DNA from: a virus
Strand: one strand, 5' to 3'
Length of the DNA stretch: 64,000 nt
Virus record (IMG/VR): IMGVR_UViG_3300029922_000007
Location: 64,001 to 128,000 of that record
The notes under the pieces are model-generated. The model was not told where the DNA came from and searched no databases. It was given only the letters and a program-made list of their open reading frames with translations. The translations under genes were made by a program, and so were the position numbers. Shown one piece after another: positions 57,001 through 64,000 of the stretch (its first letter is position 1; each line of letters begins with the position of its first letter).

Positions 57001-59334
57001 AGAAGAAGTGTAGCTAACCAAATCTCCTGAGACAGAAACGGAAAGATTAGATCCGGATTGGATGGTTGGAATGATTACTTCTGGAGAATCGATTAGGATC
57101 CAAACATGGGCGTTAGAGGTGAGCGTTACTGATCCAGAAGGAATGGTGATGCCTTTAATGTTGGCTTGAGTTACGAGAGTGCCTGCGGAAAGCTTATCTC
57201 CTTTAACCAAGGGCTTGACCAACTGAATCTGAGCGGTATTTCTGTCCAAAATATAGTCTGAAGCTACCCCAGTGGAGGTGAGGTCGGTGACGCTGATCAT
57301 TCCCTTAGCAATCAAAGAGCTTGGATTAGCTACGGTATTTACGACCGTAACTTGAGCGCGATTTACCGCGCCAAGATTACTGGTGAATTCGATGGTGGAC
57401 CCAACAGGGGTAGCAGTAACACCGGTAAGAAGTTTATTGAAGACGTTGACCCAAGATTGAATGCTGTTTGAGGAAGAGACGGTTTGATAAGTACCTTCAG
57501 CGACAAATTCAGCATCGGTGACAGTATAGGTCGTTGGTTGGGTTCCATCTACTGAAAGACTGAGAGTTTCGCCATTAGCAATAGTAGCGGACCAAAGACT
57601 CTGTGACTCAGTAAAGATAGAAGCAGTAGATCCATCTTCAGTGAGAAGGATTCCGTTTTTGTAGAGTCTGAGAGTTTTGGCGACGTTGGACGGGAATTGG
57701 AGTGCGAGGTTTGCATCGGTTACCAGGGAAGAGCTTGGGGGTTTAACTTGGATAGTATTGATAGTTTGGGAAATAGGACGAATGACGACAAAAGTTCCGT
57801 CGCCAGAAGTAACCGCTTCATAGGCAAGTAGGGTGTCGGCATTAATGCTAGCGGTAACTTCGTAGGCCGTAGCAGATCCTGGATTCTGAAAGTCGGTGGA
57901 AGCGAAAGTGTGCTGATAAGTAACATTCCCAACGATAACTTCCAGGACTTCGCCACCAGAAAGGGCGAATGGGGATGGAGCAACAGTTTCAAGGAGAGCC
58001 TTAGTTACTGAAGTTTGGGTTCCACCAGTTACGAGTTGAAAATATTGTTCGCCGCCAAGAGCAGAATCTACGATGGACTCGATTCCAACACCTAACCACG
58101 TAGCTTCGTAGCCGGAGCCATCATCAACATAAACAATGGTATTGCCCGAAGAATTCAGGATATCCGTGCTAACGATGGTAGCCGAAGAATTAGGGTCTTG
58201 GACCCCGAGCAATGCGCTCTCGATTGCAGTTACGGTCCCTAAGCCAGTAGAAGAAAGTTGAAGCTTGATTCTAATCCTGTACGCATCATCTGTCTCTGTG
58301 TCGGCCCCGGTGGTAAAAGAAACGGGGTTAGTAACTGTAGCATTTGGGAAAGGAGCGCCTGCAAATTCATCAACGGCACCAGCAGGAGCGTTCCCTAGAG
58401 CGCCTGGAAGCATGGCCGTCACAGCCACATTAGTCACGGTCGTTTCGCCATCGAGAATGATGGCCTGCTGAGTTACTGAGAATTGAATGTCTGGAGTGGA
58501 CCCAACACCTGGATCGACTACGACAGTATTGACTGGGATAGTCCTAACGCCACCTTGAGCAAGAATAACGGATTCGTTCAGGTTGTGATACTTAGTGGTT
58601 GGGCTAACCAGGGTAATGGCCCAATAGGAGCCAACTCGAACTGGAGGGGTACTGAAGGTAAAGACGATCCCACCAGCAGTTGCGGTGGCCGGATTGCTGA
58701 TTGTAATTTGGCTACTAGAATCTACTGATTGGATGATGGATCCAGCTACAATGCCGATACCTGAAATAGGGAAGCCAGCGAGTAGGCCAAGAGTCGAAGA
58801 TAGGCCGGAAATGACGTTTGAGAGATTTGCAGTGCTACCAGTGGCAGAAAGGGTTCCGGTGCCATAGGTTAGAGGGCCTTCGATGTCGGAGGTGCCACGG
58901 CCAATATAGAGGCCTCCGGTGGCTGGGAAGAGGGAAGCGTCGGAAACATAGATGGTGGTAGAGCCAATGAGGGGTGGATTCAAGCCAGAATAGATCTTGG
59001 CAGAAATCTTCTGAAATGAAGTATCAATTACCGTTACAAATCCAGTAGTTACCTTGGCGGTAAGGCGTGGAATGCCGTATTCTACGCCAAGACGATCTAA
59101 ACTACTGCCCGTAGCCCTATCCAGGGAGAAATCTCGGAGGATAGAGAAGATGTCCCCGCTTGACCTAGCGGCTATCAAACTGACAATTTCAAAAAATTTT
59201 ACATTGGCAGCCGAAACGCTTTGATCGGAAATCCCCAACGATCCCGCATAGCTAGAGAGTGCATTGCCAAGAATCTGTTGGTAGCTCTGGGGCTGTGGGA
59301 GAGATCCATTTTGAGAAGTAGGGGTAGTGGCCAT
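51094..59334 (-). CDS. Giant baseplate J-like wedge protein (2746 aa) with two DUF3494 ice-binding-like domains
   Basis: ATGSSLDRLGVEYGIPRL, GADTETDDAYRIRI, C-terminal LGVSIDLSSIV...IPGVTSV; two inserted IBP-like domains. Confidence 0.85.
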   Translation of the reverse strand: MATTPTSQNGSLPQPQSYQQILGNALSSYAGSLGISDQSVSAANVKFFEIVSLIAARSSGDIFSILRDFSLDRATGSSLDRLGVEYGIPRLTAKVTTGFVTVIDTSFQKISAKIYSGLNPPLIGSTTIYVSDASLFPATGGLYIGRGTSDIEGPLTYGTGTLSATGSTANLSNVISGLSSTLGLLAGFPISGIGIVAGSIIQSVDSSSQITISNPATATAGGIVFTFSTPPVRVGSYWAITLVSPTTKYHNLNESVILAQGGVRTIPVNTVVVDPGVGSTPDIQFSVTQQAIILDGETTVTNVAVTAMLPGALGNAPAGAVDEFAGAPFPNATVTNPVSFTTGADTETDDAYRIRIKLQLSSTGLGTVTAIESALLGVQDPNSSATIVSTDILNSSGNTIVYVDDGSGYEATWLGVGIESIVDSALGGEQYFQLVTGGTQTSVTKALLETVAPSPFALSGGEVLEVIVGNVTYQHTFASTDFQNPGSATAYEVTASINADTLLAYEAVTSGDGTFVVIRPISQTINTIQVKPPSSSLVTDANLALQFPSNVAKTLRLYKNGILLTEDGSTASIFTESQSLWSATIANGETLSLSVDGTQPTTYTVTDAEFVAEGTYQTVSSSNSIQSWVNVFNKLLTGVTATPVGSTIEFTSNLGAVNRAQVTVVNTVANPSSLIAKGMISVTDLTSTGVASDYILDRNTAQIQLVKPLVKGDKLSAGTLVTQANIKGITIPSGSVTLTSNAHVWILIDSPEVIIPTIQSGSNLSVSVSGDLVSYTSSGANSFSNVLPGDYVIIWSAEIPDTDQLEGRVHSATGSVLTIKVTAAEAALVTPVTNALYVQGLVVVRTNNVPQKFEVTSGTSTLDVIAAELQAQTDEATFTVFDNTNIVVTTNTLNTEGELTIVTADAEGQALGFTTQANSSSQDALVAFYETQATTAELPLFFHSTISADSYAEPIDTYLTNFTSTRSLSQFGPNEIINFLNPYGSSPSLTGGPSTSPLASAADYGILAASAITNSVGTSTVNGSLGEYPGSTVTGSFTVTGATNLANGAAHTAQNDALAAYTTMAAEAPGTVIPSALDGQTLTPGVYSFSSGAATLATSGPATLTFNGAGQYIIITASTLTTGAGGVPTMVLSGGALAKNIFWIVGSSATINSGNIGTFQGNIIAQASITNTLGGTVNGSLIALTAAVTLSAAAVVNSQPSSGSPVLTKVSGTGDSTITFSAFTSPAPGQFVFTTTSANATSGAVYSNNGIFFTVGTTIIAGTTLTTAGTGLIDDEQPSEENVQMWATSGTAITILPEYPNVRRLRIADRYYVANPLDFGYNDTVVTIVDNNTAGETYTMPLYRRAIVNSTWPANDYSFNAYDVDAGPTASFATNFAGFDFSNFKVLLQPKFVLQGSNAQTALLIRSTLWGRSGEAVNVSYVYPTSANQPINSTVTVTSNNEVSVSIGLQSGAPIASSIAPSTLWNVTVTPNTPTAGTDQVTYNWDGVYTFTVPTAAAATIGATYTSNGQTFTVTATKVTLVGTTITAMSAGGPPLASGILTKTSGTGDSTIAFSAFTLSGPGNPALFLSGGEYVTILSSTGFNIANTGTFKVSSAVGFTPTSTSFSVQVPTGTAVNQTGVVTTILNGITFYIATPTTAAQINTYINANLKQYFTSTIVNDGGTTGSGIIALSTFEDSGFTHPFYFLKDGINWIASSNVTGNPQFTLKEPLTYPSDTGYSFFTSGDEVRLIPTTMDQVQRLWSILAVTGFTTVGTVEVVDRGTKLQLATETLGSVGAIQIVGGSGNEYVVPVLTSGELLGNNEMSISANSIASQAVASDQWFRLQAANYQTKDTGISNNTSVTVLQNTPIDGQSTIILLNQETAQLYFGAPRSGIRVVGDTFRVEKQGLLTCLSWNGVGTSPDFSSSVNFNDTGNWTVNVSSDGTYTSVPTPTPPPSPLASAATYGILASSAITNSVGTSVVNGNLGEYPGSTVTGTFTVTGSTNLANSAANTAQNDALAAYTSMQTLGLAGTAISADLDGVVLTPGNYKESSGTFNLATSGPATLTFNGAGQYIIYAASTLTTGAGGVPTMVLTGGATAADIFWIVGSSATINSGSAGTFEGNIVAQASIINTLGGIVNGSLIALTAAVTLSDTATINTQSAPPGPAGNANFAGLSIGDLITITRMANAGNNGTFFVTGVSPDGLSFTVSNPSVVVENGTIVLAGDFTATSSVSEGDTMILASPFSPLNQGEYRVIRENNDSVWYENANSVEEEVTCTAGTISTGYDATTVFNVSVSGGIETLSWTGTGTAPFLGVAQPGDVVTFGTGFSTPNQGSFTVKQSGPSQQQIVQFTMPPAITFPSTGPGDYFEIWNGGNANKYYVWYNVSGGSNTDPAPAGFTGIEVTVVGGVTPDTAATVATKTNTALSALALMTHSVSGNVVTVTATVAAATHVPVDVSMPAAFSFVVTQTGQTPFLTVVNPSAVVQSGISSVTFSVDRPQIQFYPYEAAVPGDKFVVNGTVLGAGNSGTYNILQVLSPTSVVVSGVISTQYDTNVAGNFSSLSVQEGIKYTGYKQVAYVASEPGTTSFNDIVFNTSAQYEKIDLSAGVTMTALGKLNFPTTIRLGIDSYNYDTGLIGESNRVIYGDPRDPISYPGVSAAGTNIFIREPLDFRVKVSLAIRTNIGVSFSQITQQIQASVYSLIESNPLGVSIDLSSIVETVRLIPGVTSVVMVSPAYNVNNDEIVLATGQKAFVVQLSDISVSLLT
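52915..53526 (-). repeat. DUF3494 ice-binding-like domain, copy 2
   Basis: YGILASSAITN..TSVVNGNLG..AQNDALAAY..LTPG.Y..IFWIVGSSAT..FEGNIVAQASI..NGSLIALTAAVTL. Confidence 0.88.
55745..56349 (-). repeat. DUF3494 ice-binding-like domain, copy 1
   Basis: YGILAASAITN..AQNDALAAY..LDGQTLTPGVY..NIFWIVGSSAT..FQGNIIAQASIT..NGSLIALTAAVTL. Confidence 0.88.
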
Positions 59335-59338
59335 ACAG

Positions 59339-59346
59339 TAAGATTG
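59339..59346 (-). promoter_or_regulatory. CAATCTTA candidate late promoter
   Basis: 4 nt upstream of ATG 59334; no SD. Confidence 0.6.
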
Positions 59347-59350
59347 GGGG

Positions 59351-60334
59351 TTAAAGGATCCCCATCTCCTTAAGTTTTTTCTTATCCCAAAGCTCAGAGT
59401 TTGGAAATTGGGTAAGAAACCAATCCCATTTAATTTGGGACTTCGGTCTCATATATCCCTTAATTTCTACCCACTTATTTTCATTAATTAGAAAAAGATC
59501 TGGTAGGTAGGTGGAAGTTTTGCCGGTTATAGCTGATGCCGGTAGGGTGAAGGTTTGAGGCTGCCATAGGAAATCTATTTTCCTCTCATTCAGATAATCA
59601 ACGACCTTAGGCTCGTAAGAGGCCTGACAAACAAGTTCTTCCCCTGTTTTCCAATGAAATTTTATGACGCTGTTGCTTTGTGTTCTAGCAGCTTTTAGGG
59701 AAACATCTTTATTTTGCATTGGATTGGGAAACCCGTACTTTTCCAAATTAGTTTTCATAAATTTTTGTCTAGTTCTAGCGGGATGTCCGTGTCCTTTAAA
59801 GGCGCTAGTGACTAAGCATTCGAAGGCCCCATGCTCTTTATCTATGAAAGATGCTTTGTCGTTGATTACGGTATAGGTATCCTCTACTATAGTAATGGTG
59901 TCTCCATGAACATCCGATATTCTTTTCCTTACTTCTGTAATGGGAATTCTGTACGTAAGCGGATGATTAGTGCCGTTAACTACTACGTTTTTAACTGAAG
60001 CGTCCCATGGACCGTGAGTTTTATTTATAAACGTTGCATCACTTCTTGAATTTTTGTAGGTCTCTTCGACTATTGTAACGTCCTCCCCATGCATTTTAAA
60101 AAGTCTACGTTTTACCTCTTCTATTTTTTGTGTTTTCTTTTCAGTGCTATCTTTGGGGTGGCCGTGACCGTCTAGGATATTCTTAACCCATGGATTCCAG
60201 GGTCCGTGTTTCTTATGTATGAAAGTTGCTTTAGCTAATATTTCCGTATAGGTGCTTTCCACTATGGAGATTGTGTCTCCATGTGCCCTGAATATCCTAT
60301 TTTTAATCTCTTCGATGGGGATCCTTTTACTCAT
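59351..60334 (-). CDS. Homing endonuclease with three N-terminal repeats and a PD-(D/E)XK core
   Basis: Three copies of HG...IVE.TY.....A.FI.K.HG; TNLEKYG; YLPDLFL...WVEIKGY. Confidence 0.85.
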   Translation of the reverse strand: MSKRIPIEEIKNRIFRAHGDTISIVESTYTEILAKATFIHKKHGPWNPWVKNILDGHGHPKDSTEKKTQKIEEVKRRLFKMHGEDVTIVEETYKNSRSDATFINKTHGPWDASVKNVVVNGTNHPLTYRIPITEVRKRISDVHGDTITIVEDTYTVINDKASFIDKEHGAFECLVTSAFKGHGHPARTRQKFMKTNLEKYGFPNPMQNKDVSLKAARTQSNSVIKFHWKTGEELVCQASYEPKVVDYLNERKIDFLWQPQTFTLPASAITGKTSTYLPDLFLINENKWVEIKGYMRPKSQIKWDWFLTQFPNSELWDKKKLKEMGIL

Positions 60335-60346
60335 ACGATCCTTATA

Positions 60347-63094
60347 TCATTGATTCGCTAGCTGATTACCTAGTTGGAATCCGATTGGAAAAACTCCGGC
60401 GACCCCCGCAATACCCACTGCAAGATTAATGCTAAGTGATGGACCTTGCTGGTTAATTTGTAGGCCCGTAATCCCACTAAATCTTGGATCAGAAGTAATA
60501 GCGTTCGTAATCGAATTATAGATATCTTGTGCTTTGAAGTCGGCGATACTGGATCCCGGCTTTACCGCAGCACCAAATGTTGGATTGGCGTAACTGGTCC
60601 CAGCAACACTGGACATGGTGGTCGTCAAAGCCTGCACGAGATTTGGGATCCCTGCTGCAAGTCTAAAATCTCCAGTATTGGTAACGGCAAGGTCCGCACC
60701 ACTTCCATTACTGTTGGGCTGTAAAAGCCAATCGACCTTCGAAAGTGCGACTAAATCCACATTTGCCACGGAAGTTGGAATTGATATTTGGTCGTAGGCT
60801 GGAGTTTGCAAATCTGAAGGGATAAAGATCACATTCGAACTATTGACGGTGCCAGGCAGGTACGCTTTCAGGTAGGCTCCGTCCGCGATTTTATAGATTT
60901 CCAGGTTCGCATCTCCATCTAAAGTCAACAAGAAGCTCGTCTGTGAAAGCGTAACGATATCCAGGATAGTTCTAGTGGTTGGGCTCTGAACCGAAGAATT
61001 GATGGAAACTAGCTGGCCTACAACTAAATTGGTACTGTCTCCGATGACTATATTCCTACCGTCGGCGTTGGATAGCAAATTATAAACAAAGCCCGTCTGA
61101 TCGATGTAGGGTTCGACTAAGTTATTTAGTGTTGCAATCTCAAGCCATCTCTGCGCATCTCCCAAATATCTGAGAGCGATCCCTTCCATATCCAAACCAA
61201 ACGGGACTGGCTGTTGAACCTTAGAATTCGGAATAGAGAATGGGATACCTGAAGCTTGAGCTAAACTCTGTACGTACTCCATGTTATTTAGGGTATCCTG
61301 ACTATCCAATTGTTGGGTTGCCGTCAGAATATCGTACGATTGCAGAAGCTCATAGAAAGTTTGCAGGATACTATATTGGTCTAAGGTGATAACCTGATTG
61401 CTAGTGTTTGGTGTAAATGGAGTATTATAGATTTTGCTATAGTACTGGTTTCCAGCCCCGAAAGAACTCTCAAGCTGCGTGACCATTGTTAGGATCGTTC
61501 CGCGCATTGCCTTGAGTTGTGCTACAGAAAATGAGTTTACCGTATCTACTTCGTTTTCTAGAGCCGCTTGTTGCTTTGAATTGAGTTTTAGGCTATTCAC
61601 TGGAACCTGGCTGAAAAGCATTGGATTTAGTTGTGGTTTAACGAAGATATTATAGGCTGGATCGACTACGGAGGCTGGAGAGATAGGAGAAGAGGTTACC
61701 CGCATTCTACCGCCTATATGAGGTTTCACGGGACCTGGCTGAGATCCTGCGAAGTTTTGTGGTGATAGCCCTTCGTTATCTCCAACAGAGGCCTTCAGAG
61801 CTTTAATTGCCCCGAGTACCCCTCCATTAGTGGCTCCAGCGCCCGTCAGGTTATTTAGGGTAAGCGTACTCATGAACTGAGTGATAGTGCTTGAAGCGTC
61901 GTTAATAAGCTGTGAGGGTAAGTCGGAAGCAGCAATGGCAACTCCGGCAAGATCTTTAACGAATAGTCCAGTTTGACGGATTATATTCAGGATATTGTCA
62001 ACATCGGAACGAACAGAGCCAATCAGAGCGGCAGAAGCTGCAGCAGTATTTTGTGCGGCAGTAATGGTTCCTAATATTTGTTGGAGAACACCTGGAGTGA
62101 TTGGAATCAAAGTGCTTGGAGTATTTGCAAAATAATTGTTTAGGTCAATTCTACGCCAAGCTTTCAGCTGGAGATTGTAATTGATCTCCATTGGCTTATT
62201 TACATTTTCGTTCCAGGTAAAGGCTACTGGCGAGACCACAAAGGATTGTTTTTGTTTAGGAATGTCAAAGACTAGCCGCCAACTTGCGTTTACCGGATTC
62301 TTTTTAGCTTCTGCATACTGTTCTAGAAATTGTTGAAGGGCTATGGCCTGATAATATCCGGTTAGTTGTAGACCGTTACCTTGATCGCCAGGATCGCCTG
62401 GACTTACCGTTTTTGGTTTATTTGCATTTCCGGTTAGAGCGCTAACCACTGATGAGAATTGGGTAGCTACGTTTTGGGCAGCAGCGATAGTACCTCCAAA
62501 GAGCGACTGCAGCCCGCTTGTTAGGGCGCTTGCAGGACTACCGGGAGGGGTAATGATGCTGTGTCTATTAGGCCAAACACCAAAAGTCCCCTGAATAGAT
62601 ATATTCTTAAATCTTACTCCGGAATGCTCTTCGAGGATACCCCTCAAGGTCGCCGACGTATTAATAGCATAATTATCGGTAATATTAAGTTGTTGTGGGG
62701 TAATTGGTAAATTAAAGATCCACTGTGAATCGTCGATTGGCGTGATTGAGAGAGTTGAAACTGATTCTCCGGGAAGGGCCGTTACTTGCACCGTAGGAGT
62801 AATTGTTCCTCCAACAACGCCCCCTTTACCCTTATTAGCTCCCGTATCCCACACTATAAGCCTATAAGGCAGTAGTTTGTTCCAAAGTGTCCCATCCGGC
62901 TTGAAAAAAGAAAAAAAGGCGCTTTGGACTAAGGTCTTCGAATTTTGCCAAGGAAAAGAGCTGCCTTTAGCGTTATGGATCTGCGCGGCACTAATGGACG
63001 CCACAGAAAGAGGATTAAGGGATTGTGGGTTTGGTAGGCGCGTTTGAATTGGCCCTGCGGTGAAGCCGAAATTACTGTCTGTGCCGATGGTCAT
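60347..63094 (-). CDS. Fused baseplate protein (tube-initiator-like, LysM-like and gp25-like domains)
   Basis: LPITPQQLNITD..TLRG; IALRYLGDAQRWLEIATLNNL; DFRLAAGIPNLVQAL...NPTFG...DPRF. Confidence 0.72.
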   Translation of the reverse strand: MTIGTDSNFGFTAGPIQTRLPNPQSLNPLSVASISAAQIHNAKGSSFPWQNSKTLVQSAFFSFFKPDGTLWNKLLPYRLIVWDTGANKGKGGVVGGTITPTVQVTALPGESVSTLSITPIDDSQWIFNLPITPQQLNITDNYAINTSATLRGILEEHSGVRFKNISIQGTFGVWPNRHSIITPPGSPASALTSGLQSLFGGTIAAAQNVATQFSSVVSALTGNANKPKTVSPGDPGDQGNGLQLTGYYQAIALQQFLEQYAEAKKNPVNASWRLVFDIPKQKQSFVVSPVAFTWNENVNKPMEINYNLQLKAWRRIDLNNYFANTPSTLIPITPGVLQQILGTITAAQNTAAASAALIGSVRSDVDNILNIIRQTGLFVKDLAGVAIAASDLPSQLINDASSTITQFMSTLTLNNLTGAGATNGGVLGAIKALKASVGDNEGLSPQNFAGSQPGPVKPHIGGRMRVTSSPISPASVVDPAYNIFVKPQLNPMLFSQVPVNSLKLNSKQQAALENEVDTVNSFSVAQLKAMRGTILTMVTQLESSFGAGNQYYSKIYNTPFTPNTSNQVITLDQYSILQTFYELLQSYDILTATQQLDSQDTLNNMEYVQSLAQASGIPFSIPNSKVQQPVPFGLDMEGIALRYLGDAQRWLEIATLNNLVEPYIDQTGFVYNLLSNADGRNIVIGDSTNLVVGQLVSINSSVQSPTTRTILDIVTLSQTSFLLTLDGDANLEIYKIADGAYLKAYLPGTVNSSNVIFIPSDLQTPAYDQISIPTSVANVDLVALSKVDWLLQPNSNGSGADLAVTNTGDFRLAAGIPNLVQALTTTMSSVAGTSYANPTFGAAVKPGSSIADFKAQDIYNSITNAITSDPRFSGITGLQINQQGPSLSINLAVGIAGVAGVFPIGFQLGNQLANQ

Positions 63095-63116
63095 ATTAAT
63101 CCTCTATATCGTATGA

Positions 63117-63124
63117 TAAGATTG
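63117..63124 (-). promoter_or_regulatory. CAATCTTA candidate late promoter
   Basis: 22 nt upstream of ATG 63094, followed by SD GAGGA. Confidence 0.6.
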
Positions 63125-63181
63125 ACGGTACTCAAGACACGTCAAATGCTATATAAACGACTTGAGCGAAAGGAATAATAG

Positions 63182-63209
63182 TTGACTTAGCCCTATTTTT
63201 CGATATACT
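63182..63209 (+). promoter_or_regulatory. Sigma-70-type promoter
   Basis: TTGACT-16-TATACT; SD AGGAG before 63228. Confidence 0.6.
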
Positions 63210-63227
63210 GACGTCAGGAGAACTGAG

Positions 63228-63500
63228 ATGGCCGAAAATACAAAGAAATTAGAGAATGAAATTAAAGAACTAAATGGAATGTTAAAAGTGGCAGAAGATG
63301 CCCTTAATGATGTGATGAAAGCGTCCTATCTACAGTCTTTGGATAAACGCGTTGAATCATCAGAATTTTCAGTTCACGAACATTACCGAAAAATTGCCAT
63401 GGATTCTTTGTACGCTATCAGTTTTAGGAAACTAGCCAATAAAGCCTTCCCGGATTGGACGGACGAGGATGAGCATAAGTGGGATGGAGTGAAAGTGTGA
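63228..63500 (+). CDS. Hypothetical protein
   Basis: Promoter and SD. Confidence 0.65.
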   Translation: MAENTKKLENEIKELNGMLKVAEDALNDVMKASYLQSLDKRVESSEFSVHEHYRKIAMDSLYAISFRKLANKAFPDWTDEDEHKWDGVKV

Positions 63501-63533
63501 AAACCGTAGAAGTGAGTGTCAGCGAGTAGAATT

Positions 63534-64000
63534 ATGCAGTTTTGCCGATACTTAGTAAACCTATCTCTTTTCGCGGTGTTGATCGCACTTTTGATCGATT
63601 GCTGTACCGTAGATGTACACTTTAGTAAGCCTGCGCCCGAATATAGCGGAGTTGACCCTAAGGTTGCCCAATATGTCAATGAATACTTGGAGTTAGCTAA
63701 AAGTAATGGAATTCGGTTTCATCATGTCGTTACCGTTGGATTTAAGAATATTCAGCAGGATTCCTCCAGCTACCGTACCATTGGATTAAGCAACTTTGGG
63801 ACTTACTTTCGCGAAATTGATCTGGACAAGACTTCCTGGGATAACGCTACTGGAATGGGTAGGATGATGCTTGTATTTCACGAAAGTTCTCATAGCTACT
63901 GTAGCAGAGAGCACGACTTTGGGACAGGTAAAAAATATGAAATCGGCAAAAAAGAACCAACTTTGGAAAACGGTTTTTACCCAGATAGGTGCCCTATATC
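63534..64000 (+). CDS. Exported metzincin-like zinc metalloprotease; runs off the right edge, absent from the ORF track
   Basis: Manual translation: MQFCRYLVNLSLFAVLIALLIDCC...RMMLVFHESSHSYCSREH...DRCP. Confidence 0.7.
   Translation, partial: MQFCRYLVNLSLFAVLIALLIDCCTVDVHFSKPAPEYSGVDPKVAQYVNEYLELAKSNGIRFHHVVTVGFKNIQQDSSSYRTIGLSNFGTYFREIDLDKTSWDNATGMGRMMLVFHESSHSYCSREHDFGTGKKYEIGKKEPTLENGFYPDRCPI

Noticed and set aside
35861-59334. Diversity-generating retroelement or invertible shufflon behind the repeated fibre and ice-binding modules
   Set aside because: No reverse transcriptase or invertase in the window; the repeats are in-frame and co-oriented, and their differences do not look adenine-specific.
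1-64000. CRISPR array, tRNA genes or stop-codon reassignment
   Set aside because: No spaced direct repeats or cloverleafs noticed by eye (tRNAscan not run); genes tile densely and intact in the standard code.

Overview
A 64 kb segment of a large tailed dsDNA phage with contractile-tail baseplate genes, read in the standard genetic code. About 0.7-35.9 kb is a + strand transcription, replication and recombination arm. It encodes a sigma-70-like factor lacking the region-4 HTH, a GroES-like protein, an intein-containing Mre11/SbcD nuclease, a Rad50/SbcC ATPase, RuvC, RNase HI, a DnaQ-like exonuclease, DnaE, a gp32-like SSB, a UvsY-like protein, RecA, a DnaB-like helicase and a primase. It also encodes two exported proteases and an Acb2/Tad1-like protein. 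About 35.9-63.1 kb is mostly a - strand virion arm (tail fibres, tube-like protein, baseplate) with small + strand islands, and a third exported protease gene runs off the right edge. About ten homing-endonuclease-type elements are scattered through the window. Three observations stand out. (1) A ~500 nt gene-free, heavily base-paired candidate ncRNA lies right after recA. (2) Two DUF3494 ice-binding-like domains are inserted in the 2746 aa baseplate protein. (3) A CAATCTTA motif precedes - strand genes, often 4-5 nt before the ATG, and is a candidate late promoter for the truncated phage sigma factor. All calls come from motif recognition by eye; no database searches were run.
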